From positions 1-64,000 of the forward strand of contig NW_021834224.1 in the NCBI RefSeq assembly GCF_006345805.1: 64,000 nt of DNA. The letters run 5' to 3'. This document shows positions 63,377-64,000 of this stretch, piece after piece. Source of the stretch: Octopus sinensis. Its lineage: Eukaryota. Every line of letters begins with the position of its first letter. The first letter of the stretch is position 1. Position numbers and translations under genes: made by a program. The notes below the pieces were generated by a model. That model ran no database searches. It saw nothing but the letters and a program-made list of their open reading frames with translations, and was not told the DNA's origin.

Positions 63377-63417
<41 letters not shown>

Positions 63418-64000
63418 ATATATATATTTATTAACTACCCACAAGGGGCTAAACACAGAGGGGACAAACAAGGACAGATAAACGGATTAAGTCGATTACA
63501 TCGAAACCAGTGCGTAACTGGTACTTAATTTATCGACCCCGAAAAGATGAAAGGCAAAGTCGACCTCGGCGGAATTTGAACTCAGAACGTAACGGCAGAC
63601 GAAATACCTATTTCTTTATTACCCACAAGGGGCTAAACACAGAGGGGACAGACAAGGACAGACATAGGTATTAAGTCGATTACATCGACCCCAGTGCGTA
63701 ACTGGTACTTAATTCATCGACCCCGAAAGGATGAAAGGCAAAGTCGACCTCGACGAAATTTGAACTCAGAACGTAGCGGCAGACGAAATACCTATTTCTT
63801 TACTACCCACAAGGGGCTAAACACAGAGGGGACAAACAAGGACAGACATAGGTGTTAAGTCGATTACATCGACCCCAGTGCGTAACTGGTACTTAATTTA
63901 TCGACCCCGAAAGGATGAAAGGCAAAGTCGACCTCGACGAAATTTGAACTCAGAACGTAACGGCAGACGAAATACCTATTTCTTTATTACCCACAAGGGG
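63085..64000. repeat. SINE-C copy (+, 63085-63320) and an oppositely oriented 184-bp SINE-C tandem array (63435 to window end)
   Basis: CCCACAAGGGG at 63438, 63622, 63806 and 63990. Confidence 0.85.

Overview
AT-rich, repeat-saturated eukaryotic genomic DNA. The SINE, LINE and microsatellite content looks like an octopus (coleoid cephalopod); this is recalled, not searched. Almost every ORF in the supplied track is an artefact of microsatellites or SINEs. The only convincing host coding sequence is one minus-strand exon (13782-13999) encoding a signal peptide plus the N-terminal domain of a FREM1/FRAS1-related extracellular matrix protein, with an apparent 1-nt frameshift just before its donor. 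A ~20 kb satellite (36.1-56.4 kb, 174-bp monomer, ~115 copies) dominates the window. It is built from one end of a piggyBac-type (TTAA/CCC...GGG) MITE that also occurs dispersed here. The most unusual feature is a spacer-less fusion of three Pol III RNA sequences, U6 snRNA -> 5S rRNA -> tRNA-derived SINE head (34124-34431, minus strand). Also present: four minimal hammerhead-like motifs (three with non-canonical cores, two co-oriented 222 nt apart), R4/Dong, CR1 and RTE LINE 3' ends, nested MITEs, a long foldback element, and many short tandem arrays made from retroposon fragments. SINE-A/B/C/D are my working labels.
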